This document shows positions 1 through 8,020 of a stretch of 64,000 nucleotides of DNA, one piece after another. The notes under the pieces were generated by a model. The model searched no databases. It was not told the origin of the DNA and worked only from the letters and a program-made list of their open reading frames with translations. Origin of the DNA: a virus; the IMG/VR virus record IMGVR_UViG_3300049460_000134, positions 51,556-115,555 of that record; one strand, written 5' to 3'. Every line of letters begins with the position of its first letter. The first letter of the stretch is position 1. The position numbers and the translations under genes are program-made.

Positions 1-106
1 CATCGTCGGTCTCATCCTCCTGGGAGCGGCAATCGCGTGAAAAATTCACGCAGCCCACGAATTCACTGACTATTATTGTCAGTAAACATTGACTGAAGGT
101 TTGGAA

Positions 107-586
107 ATGGCAAGAAAAACCCTTGATGAAGCCGAAAAGGCAAGGCTTCAGCGTATTGCCGACCGCATTTTCGAGAAGGTGAAGGCACTCGACGGCATCT
201 ATTACGTCGAAGGCATGCATCAGCTTCCGGTTCTGCGGCACGACAGTGAATACCGCCAGGCGCCGATCGATAGCTCGATCGAGTTCCTGCTCTCCTCCGT
301 CCGCGTTGGCGGCCGCGGACAAATCATCTTCTGCTTCGAGCCGGCTGATAACCGTGAATTCAAGCATATTGAGGTCGAACAGCGGAAGATGGACGACGTC
401 TTCCCTCTTTTCGGTCCCGCCTATGCTGAAGCAATCGGCTCCGAGCAAGAGAACTTCGAGGCTCTGATCAACGAGACGTCCGAGGCGCTCGAGCTTGAGG
501 ACGAAGCCGCCGAGATCCGCAAGGCTCAAGAAGCTGAAGAGGCTCTCGAAAACAATCGCAAACTCCAAAACTACGGGAGATTCTAA
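107..586 (+). CDS. Hypothetical protein with C-terminal LQNYGRF tag
   Basis: ATG at 107 (the track start at 89 lies inside an operator); acidic coiled-coil C-terminus ending NYGRF. Confidence 0.8.
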   Translation: MARKTLDEAEKARLQRIADRIFEKVKALDGIYYVEGMHQLPVLRHDSEYRQAPIDSSIEFLLSSVRVGGRGQIIFCFEPADNREFKHIEVEQRKMDDVFPLFGPAYAEAIGSEQENFEALINETSEALELEDEAAEIRKAQEAEEALENNRKLQNYGRF

Positions 587-1179
587 TGGCAAAGATCCGC
601 ATTGGCGGTCTCGATGGTTCGCTGCGCAACTTCGGCATAGCGAAGCTGGACTATGAAACGGACACCGGCGAGCTCGAGCTGGTTGGTCTGAAACTGATCG
701 AGACGGAAAAGACGAAGGCAAAGCAGGTGCGCGCCTCGTCCGATACCTATGAGCGCGCCAGGACGCTCGCGACCGAGGCAGACGCCTACCTCGAGGACTG
801 CGATATCATCTTCGCCGAAATCCCGTTCGGCGGTAAATCCTATGACGCCGTGCTTGGCTTCGGGATTGTGATTGGCGTCTATGGCGCGCTCTCGCTGAAG
901 ACCCCGCTGATCGAGGTCGCTCCGGCTGAGACGAAGAAGGCAGCCGTCGGCACGCGCACTGCGTCGAAGGAAGAAATGATTGCCTGGGCATTTGAGAAGT
1001 TCCCGGATGGTCCGTGGCTGCGACACGCCAAGAACGGCAAGGGCTACAGCAAGGGCGATCCGACCAACGCAAACGAACACCTGGCAGACGGCTGCGGCGT
1101 TGCCTTTGCAGGTATCAAGACGCCGGCGTTCCGCCAGGCTGCCGCAATGCTCGCGACTTCGCTCAAGAAGGCAGCATAA
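586..1179 (+). CDS. RuvC-like Holliday junction resolvase
   Basis: N-terminal IGGLDGSLRNFG, FAEIP and EHLADG acidic catalytic motifs of the RuvC/RNase H fold. Confidence 0.8.
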   Translation: MAKIRIGGLDGSLRNFGIAKLDYETDTGELELVGLKLIETEKTKAKQVRASSDTYERARTLATEADAYLEDCDIIFAEIPFGGKSYDAVLGFGIVIGVYGALSLKTPLIEVAPAETKKAAVGTRTASKEEMIAWAFEKFPDGPWLRHAKNGKGYSKGDPTNANEHLADGCGVAFAGIKTPAFRQAAAMLATSLKKAA

Positions 1180-1252
1180 TCGTAAAATCAAGCCTGTTTA
1201 GTCAGTAAAAACTGACTTACAATGAGCACACCTTTCACTGCAGGAGCACCGA

Positions 1253-2215
1253 ATGCTTTTCGAACGCCAGGTCGAGCGTCTGCCCGACCATTATCCGTGG
1301 ACACAGGACTACATCGAAGCCATGCAGGATGGCTTCTGGACCGCAAAGAAGTTCACTTTCGACACCGACAAGACCGACTATGAGCTCAATCTCAATGAGG
1401 CTGAGCGCCAGATGGTCACGCGCTGCCTTGCAGCGATCGCCCAGATCGAGGTCTCCGTGAAGGAGTTCTGGAAACGCCTCGGCGATCATCTTCCGCATCC
1501 TTCGATTAAGGATCTCGGGATCACGATGGCCTACATCGAGGTCATCCATAACAACGCCTACGAAAAGCTCCTGAAGAAGCTCGGTCTGATCGACGTCTTC
1601 AAGGACAACATGAGTGTTCCGGCTGTTGCTGGGCGCGTCGGCTATCTCAACAAGCACGGCGAGCGCGTCTACAGCGACAACCGCAAGCAATACATCTACA
1701 GCCTGATCCTTTTCACGATGTTCGTGGAAAACGTCAGCCTCTTCAGCCAGTTCTACGTGATCCTCTGGCTCAACCGCTTTCAGAACGTGCTCAAGGATGC
1801 TGCGCAGCAGGTGAAATACACGCGCAACGAGGAGCTTCTACACGCCCAGGCCGGCGCCAAGATCATCATGACGCTCCGCAAGGAATATCCGGAGCTGTTC
1901 GATCAGGAAATGGAACGCAAAATCAAGCACGAATGCCACGTCGCGTTCGGCGCTGAATGCGAACTCATCAACTGGATGATCGGCGATTTCCAGGGCGACA
2001 AGCTCAATGCCGAAGTGCTCAAGGGCTACGTTGCTCAGCGCTTCAACGAAAGCCTCGAAATGGTCGGCTACGAGCCGGTCTTCCACGTCGACAAGTCCGT
2101 CCAGGAGGCGACCTTCTGGATGACCGAGGGGCTCTACGCTCCATCGAAGGTCGATTTCTTCCACTCTGAACCCACCGAATACGCGCAGGCCGACTCTGCG
2201 GACGACGAATTTTAA
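1253..2215 (+). CDS. nrdB: Ribonucleotide reductase class I beta subunit (R2)
   Basis: Ferritin-like metal-ligand motifs EVIHNNAY, ENVSLFSQF and RNEELLH; C-terminal DFF..PTEY. Confidence 0.93.
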   Translation: MLFERQVERLPDHYPWTQDYIEAMQDGFWTAKKFTFDTDKTDYELNLNEAERQMVTRCLAAIAQIEVSVKEFWKRLGDHLPHPSIKDLGITMAYIEVIHNNAYEKLLKKLGLIDVFKDNMSVPAVAGRVGYLNKHGERVYSDNRKQYIYSLILFTMFVENVSLFSQFYVILWLNRFQNVLKDAAQQVKYTRNEELLHAQAGAKIIMTLRKEYPELFDQEMERKIKHECHVAFGAECELINWMIGDFQGDKLNAEVLKGYVAQRFNESLEMVGYEPVFHVDKSVQEATFWMTEGLYAPSKVDFFHSEPTEYAQADSADDEF

Positions 2216-2229
2216 AAGGACTGAAGATT

Positions 2230-3912
2230 ATGCGACAAGATTATGCCTGGCTGAACCAGGTGGCTCTAACTACGCTCTCGCGCGGCTATCTGCGCGAGGG
2301 CATCGCGCCTGAGAACCTCAAGGAAGAGGCGATCGCGCGTGTCAATGCCATCGTAGATCGTGCAGAAGAAATCCTCGGTTTTGAACTGCCGACGCTGCGC
2401 CTGGGCGTCAAGCGCGGTTGGGTCTCACCCGCCTCTCCGATCTGGTCGAACTTCGGCGCTGGGCGCGGTCTGCCGATTAGCTGCAACGGCAGCTTCATGG
2501 CCGACGACATGGACTCCATTCTCTTCAAGAATGCCGAGATTGGCATGATGACGAAGGAAGGCGCTGGCACTTCTGTCTATATGGGCAAGCTGCGTCCGTT
2601 CGGCTCTGCTATCTCTGGCGGTGGACGCTCGGAAGGTCCGACGCATTTCGCTCGGCTGCCGCAGGAACAGGTGACTGTCGTCTCGCAGGGCAACACGCGC
2701 CGCGGCAATGCAGCCGTCTACCTCGATATCGAGCATGAAGACGCCGAGCGCTGGCTGGATATGCGTTCGATCTCTGGTGGCGTGCACCATCCGATCCAGC
2801 ATCTTTCGTTCGGCGTGGTCATCGGCGACGACTGGATGAACGCGATGCTCGCCGAAGAAAAGGGCGGTCCTAAGCGCAAGCTGATGGCGAAGATTCGCAA
2901 CAAGCGGCGCGAGACTGGCTTTCCCTACATTGTCTTCCGCGACAACGCCAACAATGCTCGCCCGGAAGTGCTGAAGCGGCTTGGTCTGCTGATCTATGCC
3001 TCGAACCTGTGCACTGAGGTCATGCTGCCGTCCGGTCCCGACGAAAGCTTCGTCTGTGATCTGTCCTCGGTCAATGCGCTCTATTACCACGAGTGGAAGA
3101 GCACGCCGTTCGTCCGCGAAATGATCTACATGCTCGACGCGGTGATGACGGAATACATCGAGAAGATCCGCGGTGTCCGGCTGCTCGCTGATGCGCTTCG
3201 CTTTGCAGAACGCTGGCGCGCTCTTGGTCTCGGTGTTCTCGGCTGGCATTCGCTGCTGCAATCGCAGATGATCGCCATCGAAAGCGATGAGGCTCGAGCG
3301 CTGAATATCGAAATCAGCGAGTATCTCGCCACCGAGTCACACGCCGCATCCCGCGACCTCGCCGAACGTCTTGGAGAGCCGGAAGGGCTGAAGGGCACTG
3401 GCTACCGCAACCTGACGGTTAATGCGATCGCGCCTACCACATCCTCGTCGATCATCTGCGGCCAAGTTTCGCAGCAACGCGAGCCTTGGACTGCAAATAT
3501 CTTCGAGAACGACAATGCCAAGGGCGTTTTCACGCAGCGCAACGTGTTCCTTGAGGAGCTGCTCGAAAGCAAGGGGCGCAACGACCAGCAGACTTGGCTC
3601 TCGATCTTGCAGAATGCCGGCTCCGTGCAACATTTGGACTTCCTGACGCAGCACGAGCGCAACGTCTTCAAGACCTTTGCCGAGATCGACCAGGCAGAGC
3701 TGATCCGTCAGACTGCGGACTGCCAGAAGTATATCGATCAGGGCATCAGTCATAACATCATCCTGCCGCCCGAAGCGACGATGAAGGAAGATATCGATCT
3801 GATCGTGTTGGCGTGGAGAAGCGGTTTGAAATCGCTCTACTATCGCAAGGGCTTGAACAAGGCACAGGAACTGGCTCGCCAGAATGCTTCCTGCGTGGCG
3901 TGTGAGGCGTAA
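2230..3912 (+). CDS. nrdA: Ribonucleotide reductase class I alpha subunit (short, no ATP cone)
   Basis: ISCN, SNLCTE, APTTSSS and KSLYY motifs; C-terminal CVACE. Confidence 0.95.
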   Translation: MRQDYAWLNQVALTTLSRGYLREGIAPENLKEEAIARVNAIVDRAEEILGFELPTLRLGVKRGWVSPASPIWSNFGAGRGLPISCNGSFMADDMDSILFKNAEIGMMTKEGAGTSVYMGKLRPFGSAISGGGRSEGPTHFARLPQEQVTVVSQGNTRRGNAAVYLDIEHEDAERWLDMRSISGGVHHPIQHLSFGVVIGDDWMNAMLAEEKGGPKRKLMAKIRNKRRETGFPYIVFRDNANNARPEVLKRLGLLIYASNLCTEVMLPSGPDESFVCDLSSVNALYYHEWKSTPFVREMIYMLDAVMTEYIEKIRGVRLLADALRFAERWRALGLGVLGWHSLLQSQMIAIESDEARALNIEISEYLATESHAASRDLAERLGEPEGLKGTGYRNLTVNAIAPTTSSSIICGQVSQQREPWTANIFENDNAKGVFTQRNVFLEELLESKGRNDQQTWLSILQNAGSVQHLDFLTQHERNVFKTFAEIDQAELIRQTADCQKYIDQGISHNIILPPEATMKEDIDLIVLAWRSGLKSLYYRKGLNKAQELARQNASCVACEA

Positions 3913-3913
3913 G

Positions 3914-4156
3914 ATGAGTATTCACGTTCTCATCCGATCCAATCCACCCTGTCCTTCCTGCCTCAAGACAAAAGCGCTCCTTGAGCGGCGCGGTCTGGCC
4001 TTCACGGCAGAAGATCACGAGACGCCGGAGAAGGTTGAGACCTTCGTCGCTGCCGGCCATCGCACCTTTCCGCGCGTCTTCATTGACGACAAGCTGATAG
4101 GTGGCTTCGAAGATCTCGAACGCCATCTTGCTTCGCTGGAAGATGACGATTTCTGA
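3914..4156 (+). CDS. Glutaredoxin/NrdH-like redoxin
   Basis: CPSC, TFPRVF and IGGF motifs; follows nrdA. Confidence 0.9.
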   Translation: MSIHVLIRSNPPCPSCLKTKALLERRGLAFTAEDHETPEKVETFVAAGHRTFPRVFIDDKLIGGFEDLERHLASLEDDDF

Positions 4157-4337
4157 GAAATAGCGCTTGCGTCCCAATCGCGCATCGTTATAAATGCTCT
4201 TGTAAGTAAATACTGACTGACACGAAAGCGATGTGTCAGTCAGTTCCAGCGATCGAAGATCAACCGCTCTACGAGGTGTCGCCTTATGAACCGCTAAGTC
4301 GGGTTTATCAGTCAAAATTGATTAAGAAAAAGACGTC

Positions 4338-4473
4338 GCCAGGAGCCGTCAGAAAATAAACCTGGCTCTTATGTGAGTGGAGCGCGAAGGCTGAGCTAAA
4401 GGCCTGTTGTATTCGCGATGCAGCGAAACGAGAAAACCGGATTCTCGCGTAGCGGGCTCCGCTCACATAAGAG
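4338..4473 (+). ncRNA. Candidate structured RNA (18-bp closing stem enclosing three hairpins)
   Basis: 4366-4383 pairs with 4456-4473; internal hairpins at about 4388-4405, 4406-4424 and 4429-4447; no ORF. Confidence 0.5.
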
Positions 4474-4544
4474 ACCTGACGAGGACTGCGGTGAAGTCTC
4501 TCGCTTACAAGCGTGGCTAGGGTTCGAGTCCCTTAAGGGTCGCC
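4473..4544 (+). ncRNA. tRNA-like element (atypical or degenerate)
   Basis: T-arm AGGG-TTCGAGT-CCCT, GG-containing D-like loop, GACC/GGTC acceptor pairing; anticodon loop of only 6 nt (TTACAA); no CCA. Confidence 0.45.
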
Positions 4545-4571
4545 TGTTCAACACCTACTGAGGAGAAGCGC

Positions 4572-4856
4572 ATGTCTGCCACCATTCTTGCATTCAAGCC
4601 GCGTTCTAAGCCAGAGCCGGAGTCCGTAAAGCAGCCGGCGCCTAACCAGCTCGAGATTTCAAAGTTTGAGTGCGATCACCTCGACCGCGTGATTGATCGC
4701 GCCGTCCATGTGCTTGACGTCATCCACTCTGGTCCGGCGCTCATCAAGCAGTTCCTCGCCGGCCAGCGCACGATCGCCTCCACCGTCAAGCACGGCGGCG
4801 TCGAATACGAGCTGCAGATCAGCCTCGTCGAAAAGCATTCCCCTCGCTTCGCATAA
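4572..4856 (+). CDS. Hypothetical protein
   Basis: AGGAG SD and ATG. Confidence 0.7.
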   Translation: MSATILAFKPRSKPEPESVKQPAPNQLEISKFECDHLDRVIDRAVHVLDVIHSGPALIKQFLAGQRTIASTVKHGGVEYELQISLVEKHSPRFA

Positions 4857-4868
4857 TAGGAGATTCCA

Positions 4869-5114
4869 TTGCGAAACTTTCTTTCTCGCCTTTTCCGCCG
4901 CAACCAGACGATCGTCACGAACGTCTCGGTCAATCACCAGGTCAACGTGATCCGTGATGACGCCGACTATATCGACGCGCTCGAAAACCGGATCGCCGAT
5001 CTCCTGGTCGCCAACACCGACTACGTGATGCGCCTTCAGGCTCGCGGCATTCGCGTCAAGGAGCTCGAGACGGAAAACGCCGAGCTGCGCGCACAGATCC
5101 CTGTTGCGGCATAA
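4869..5114 (+). CDS. Hypothetical coiled-coil protein
   Basis: AGGAG SD, TTG start. Confidence 0.65.
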   Translation: MRNFLSRLFRRNQTIVTNVSVNHQVNVIRDDADYIDALENRIADLLVANTDYVMRLQARGIRVKELETENAELRAQIPVAA

Positions 5115-5119
5115 CGCAC

Positions 5120-5326
5120 ATGGGGCTTTCGGCTAACGGGAAGCCTATAACGCCCTACCAAGGCTCGTGGGCATGGAAAATGGAGCAGCGCCGCAAGCTC
5201 GGCGCGCTTCGCGAGCAAGAAACCACCCTCTTCATCAATGGCAACAATCGCGAGGCTGCAGAGCGTCGCGACGAAGCCGCAGATCTCGAAAGGAGCTTAC
5301 ATGGCGGACAGACGCCTAACGACTGA
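5120..5326 (+). CDS. Hypothetical protein
   Basis: Operon packing. Confidence 0.5.
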   Translation: MGLSANGKPITPYQGSWAWKMEQRRKLGALREQETTLFINGNNREAAERRDEAADLERSLHGGQTPND

Positions 5327-5531
5327 AGACAGGCATACGCCGAAGTTGAAGCAGATCGCCGGTCTCATCCAGGGACTGACCTTCCGCGAAATGCAGCATA
5401 TCTCGGAATTGCTGAGGGATGAGCTGCAAGTGAGCGGCTCAATGCCTGTTACCGATGCGCTGCTAAAAGTTGCCGACAATCTTCTCGGCTTCGACACGCA
5501 GACCGGAATTCCCTTTCGTTCCGCTTCCTGA
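5301..5531 (+). CDS. Hypothetical protein
   Basis: AGGAG SD before ATG at 5301. Confidence 0.6.
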   Translation: MADRRLTTEDRHTPKLKQIAGLIQGLTFREMQHISELLRDELQVSGSMPVTDALLKVADNLLGFDTQTGIPFRSAS

Positions 5532-5550
5532 AACAATAAGGACACCTCCT

Positions 5551-6546
5551 TTGACCTTTCTCATCAATGACCCTGTGACGAAGATCACCGGCGACTACAG
5601 CTTCGACGGCACGGTCGTCGCAGCATTCGACAAGCAGGACGGCAAGCAACGCTACGTCGTCGAGGACGATCGCGGCGCGCTGCATATCTACAGCGAACAG
5701 AACCTCCGGCTGATCGGCAACATGGCTGATCACCAGTATCTGCGTGTCCTCAAGAAGCTGCTCGACAAGGGCGTCTATCGCGAAGGTCGCAACGGCGGCA
5801 CTTATGGTCTCTTCGGCGAACAGATGCGCTTCGACCTCTCTCGCGGCTTCCCGCTGCTGACGACCAAGAAGGTTCACTTCCACTCCATCGTCGTTGAATT
5901 GCTCTGGTTCCTCCGCGGCGAGACGAACATCAAGTTTCTGAAGGACCATAACGTCTCGATCTGGGATGAATGGGCTGACGAGAAGGGTGATCTTGGTCCG
6001 GTCTACGGCGCGCAGTGGCGCACCTGGCCGACGATCGAGCATCAGTGCGCCGATATCTACTATCCCGGCCACATCGACCAGATCCAGAAGGTGATCGACG
6101 GCCTCAAGCGCGATTCATACGGTCGCCGGCACATCGTCTCGGCATGGAATCCGGCTGAGATCGATGAAATGGCGCTTCCGCCCTGTCACTGCCTCTTCCA
6201 GTTCTTCGTGTCTGACAACAAGCTGAGCTGCCAACTCTACCAGAGGAGCGCAGATTGGTTTTTGGGGGTCCCATTCAACGTTGCCTCATACGCGCTGCTG
6301 ACCATGCTGATTGCGCGCGAAACCGGCCTTCAGCTTGGCGAATTCGTGCATAGCTTCGGCGATCTGCACCTCTACGCCAATCACATCGAGCAGGCCAAGG
6401 AGCAGCTCACTCGCGAGCCGCGCAAGTTGCCGAAGGTGCTCATCAATCCGGACATCGACAAGCACATCTTCGACCTGGAAGTCGGTGACGTCGCTCTCGT
6501 CAACTACGATCCCCATCCAGCGATCAAAGCGCCGGTCTCAGCGTAA
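5551..6546 (+). CDS. thyA: Thymidylate synthase with N-terminal DfrB/R67-like SH3 domain
   Basis: [27 protein letters not shown] and PFN motifs; probable TTG start at 5551 gives a ~57-aa N-terminal domain resembling R67 DHFR. Confidence 0.92.
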   Translation: MTFLINDPVTKITGDYSFDGTVVAAFDKQDGKQRYVVEDDRGALHIYSEQNLRLIGNMADHQYLRVLKKLLDKGVYREGRNGGTYGLFGEQMRFDLSRGFPLLTTKKVHFHSIVVELLWFLRGETNIKFLKDHNVSIWDEWADEKGDLGPVYGAQWRTWPTIEHQCADIYYPGHIDQIQKVIDGLKRDSYGRRHIVSAWNPAEIDEMALPPCHCLFQFFVSDNKLSCQLYQRSADWFLGVPFNVASYALLTMLIARETGLQLGEFVHSFGDLHLYANHIEQAKEQLTREPRKLPKVLINPDIDKHIFDLEVGDVALVNYDPHPAIKAPVSA

Positions 6547-6630
6547 GATATCCACGCGCAACCCAACATTTCTTGCGCTATTGTGTCAGTAACAATTGAC
6601 TGATAGCGCGAGCAAAGATAAGGACGATCC

Positions 6631-6834
6631 ATGTCAGAAAAGATCGACATTCACATCGACCACTACATCGCCCAGGAAGGCGGTGTTGGCTTCTACTATT
6701 CGGTGATGCCATCGACTGAGCTGTTTGGACCGTTCGAAACTGCACAACTCGCCGCTGAAGGTGCTCTCGCAGCGCTTCAAGGGGCGATGGACGACATTGT
6801 AATGGCCGCACTCGGCATCGAAAAAGGAGAGTAA
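6631..6834 (+). CDS. Hypothetical protein
   Basis: SD and ATG downstream of a promoter/operator. Confidence 0.65.
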   Translation: MSEKIDIHIDHYIAQEGGVGFYYSVMPSTELFGPFETAQLAAEGALAALQGAMDDIVMAALGIEKGE

Positions 6835-6836
6835 AC

Positions 6837-7304
6837 ATGGGCGGCACGCTCATTGAACAGACCAAGGTTATCGTGAGCAAGGTTCACGAGAAGGCATTCA
6901 TTCCGACATACGGATCTGACGAGGCGGCCGGCGCTGACCTTTACGCTGTTGTCGATGGTCCGGACGCTATCCCGGTTCCGGTCGGCGAGCGCGTGCTCGT
7001 CAAGACCGGCTTGTCGATCGAGCTCCTGCCTGGCTACGAAGCCCAGGTGCGTCCTCGTTCCGGTCTGGCACTGAAGCAGGGCATCACGGTCCTCAACACG
7101 CCTGGCACGATCGACAGCGACTATCGCGGCGAGGTTGGCGTCATCCTTTATAACGCTGGCAACCGGACGTATTTCGTCAACCACGGCGATCGCATCGCTC
7201 AGTTGGTGATTGCGCCTGTCGTGCGCGGTGTCTTCGTTGTCGGCGAACTCAGCGACAGTAACCGCGGCGAAGGTGGCTTTGGCTCGACTGGAGTTTCCGC
7301 CTAA
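6837..7304 (+). CDS. dut: Trimeric dUTPase
   Basis: AGADL, RPRSG, GTIDSDYRGE, RIAQL and RGEGGFGSTG motifs. Confidence 0.97.
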   Translation: MGGTLIEQTKVIVSKVHEKAFIPTYGSDEAAGADLYAVVDGPDAIPVPVGERVLVKTGLSIELLPGYEAQVRPRSGLALKQGITVLNTPGTIDSDYRGEVGVILYNAGNRTYFVNHGDRIAQLVIAPVVRGVFVVGELSDSNRGEGGFGSTGVSA

Positions 7305-7924
7305 TGCTCTACGGCATCTGCGGTGCTCATCGCAGTGGAAAAACCACACTTGCCAAGCGCGTCGCGGAAGAACTTGGTATCGAGTTCATCGATACCTCGT
7401 TCGGCTCCATCAGCAAGGGCAAACGCAATCCGGTCGCTCCCATGACTCTCAGGGAGCGGCTCGACATTCAGGTTCACGGCCTGGAACGCCACCTGGAGCT
7501 CATCCTTCAGGCAAGCCGGCCGGCAATCGTCGATCGCACGCCGCTCGACATGTTCGGCTATCTCCTCGCAGAATTTCACATGACCTCCGATCGCCATGCT
7601 GATGCGGACGTCCTGGAAGGAGCTGCCTACCTCGCCGAGCAATACCTCGAGGCTGTGAAGCTCAACTACGACATGGTCTTCTTCACGGAGATCCTGCCGG
7701 TCTACGAGGTCGATACCTCGAAGCCGACGCCGCCAAACAATCGTGCCTTCCAGCTTCACCTGGACGCGATCATCCGCGGCGGTCTGCATCGGCTCCATGA
7801 CGAGATCAACCATGCCGTTGTGCCAGCGATACCGCTTGCGGAGCGCGTGGAACAGGTCTCGGAACTGATCGTGGAGCGGATGAACGAAATCGACGACCAG
7901 CGCAAAGCCGTCGGATTCCACTAA
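7304..7924 (+). CDS. P-loop nucleotide kinase-like protein (AAA_28/NadR-like)
   Basis: GAHRSGKTT Walker A; IVDRTPLD. Confidence 0.75.
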   Translation: MLYGICGAHRSGKTTLAKRVAEELGIEFIDTSFGSISKGKRNPVAPMTLRERLDIQVHGLERHLELILQASRPAIVDRTPLDMFGYLLAEFHMTSDRHADADVLEGAAYLAEQYLEAVKLNYDMVFFTEILPVYEVDTSKPTPPNNRAFQLHLDAIIRGGLHRLHDEINHAVVPAIPLAERVEQVSELIVERMNEIDDQRKAVGFH

Positions 7925-8020
7925 GCCACACGAAAAAGCCACGCGCATCCCAACTGCGCGTGAGCTATTCAGTAATTATTGACTGACAACAAACAAGAAC
8001 AGACACAAGGAGACAGAAGC

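Noticed and set aside
4366-4473. Retron msr/msd suggested by the long inverted repeat
   Set aside because: No reverse transcriptase in the window
4476-4500. Hammerhead ribozyme core (CTGACGA)
   Set aside because: No GAAA follows stem II; the segment fits a tRNA-like fold better
7979-8020. ORF-track starts at TTG codons inside or near operators (89, 7979, 19428, 29061, 44149, 60026)
   Set aside because: Artefacts of the TTGAC in the operator; downstream ATGs, mostly with SDs, were used instead
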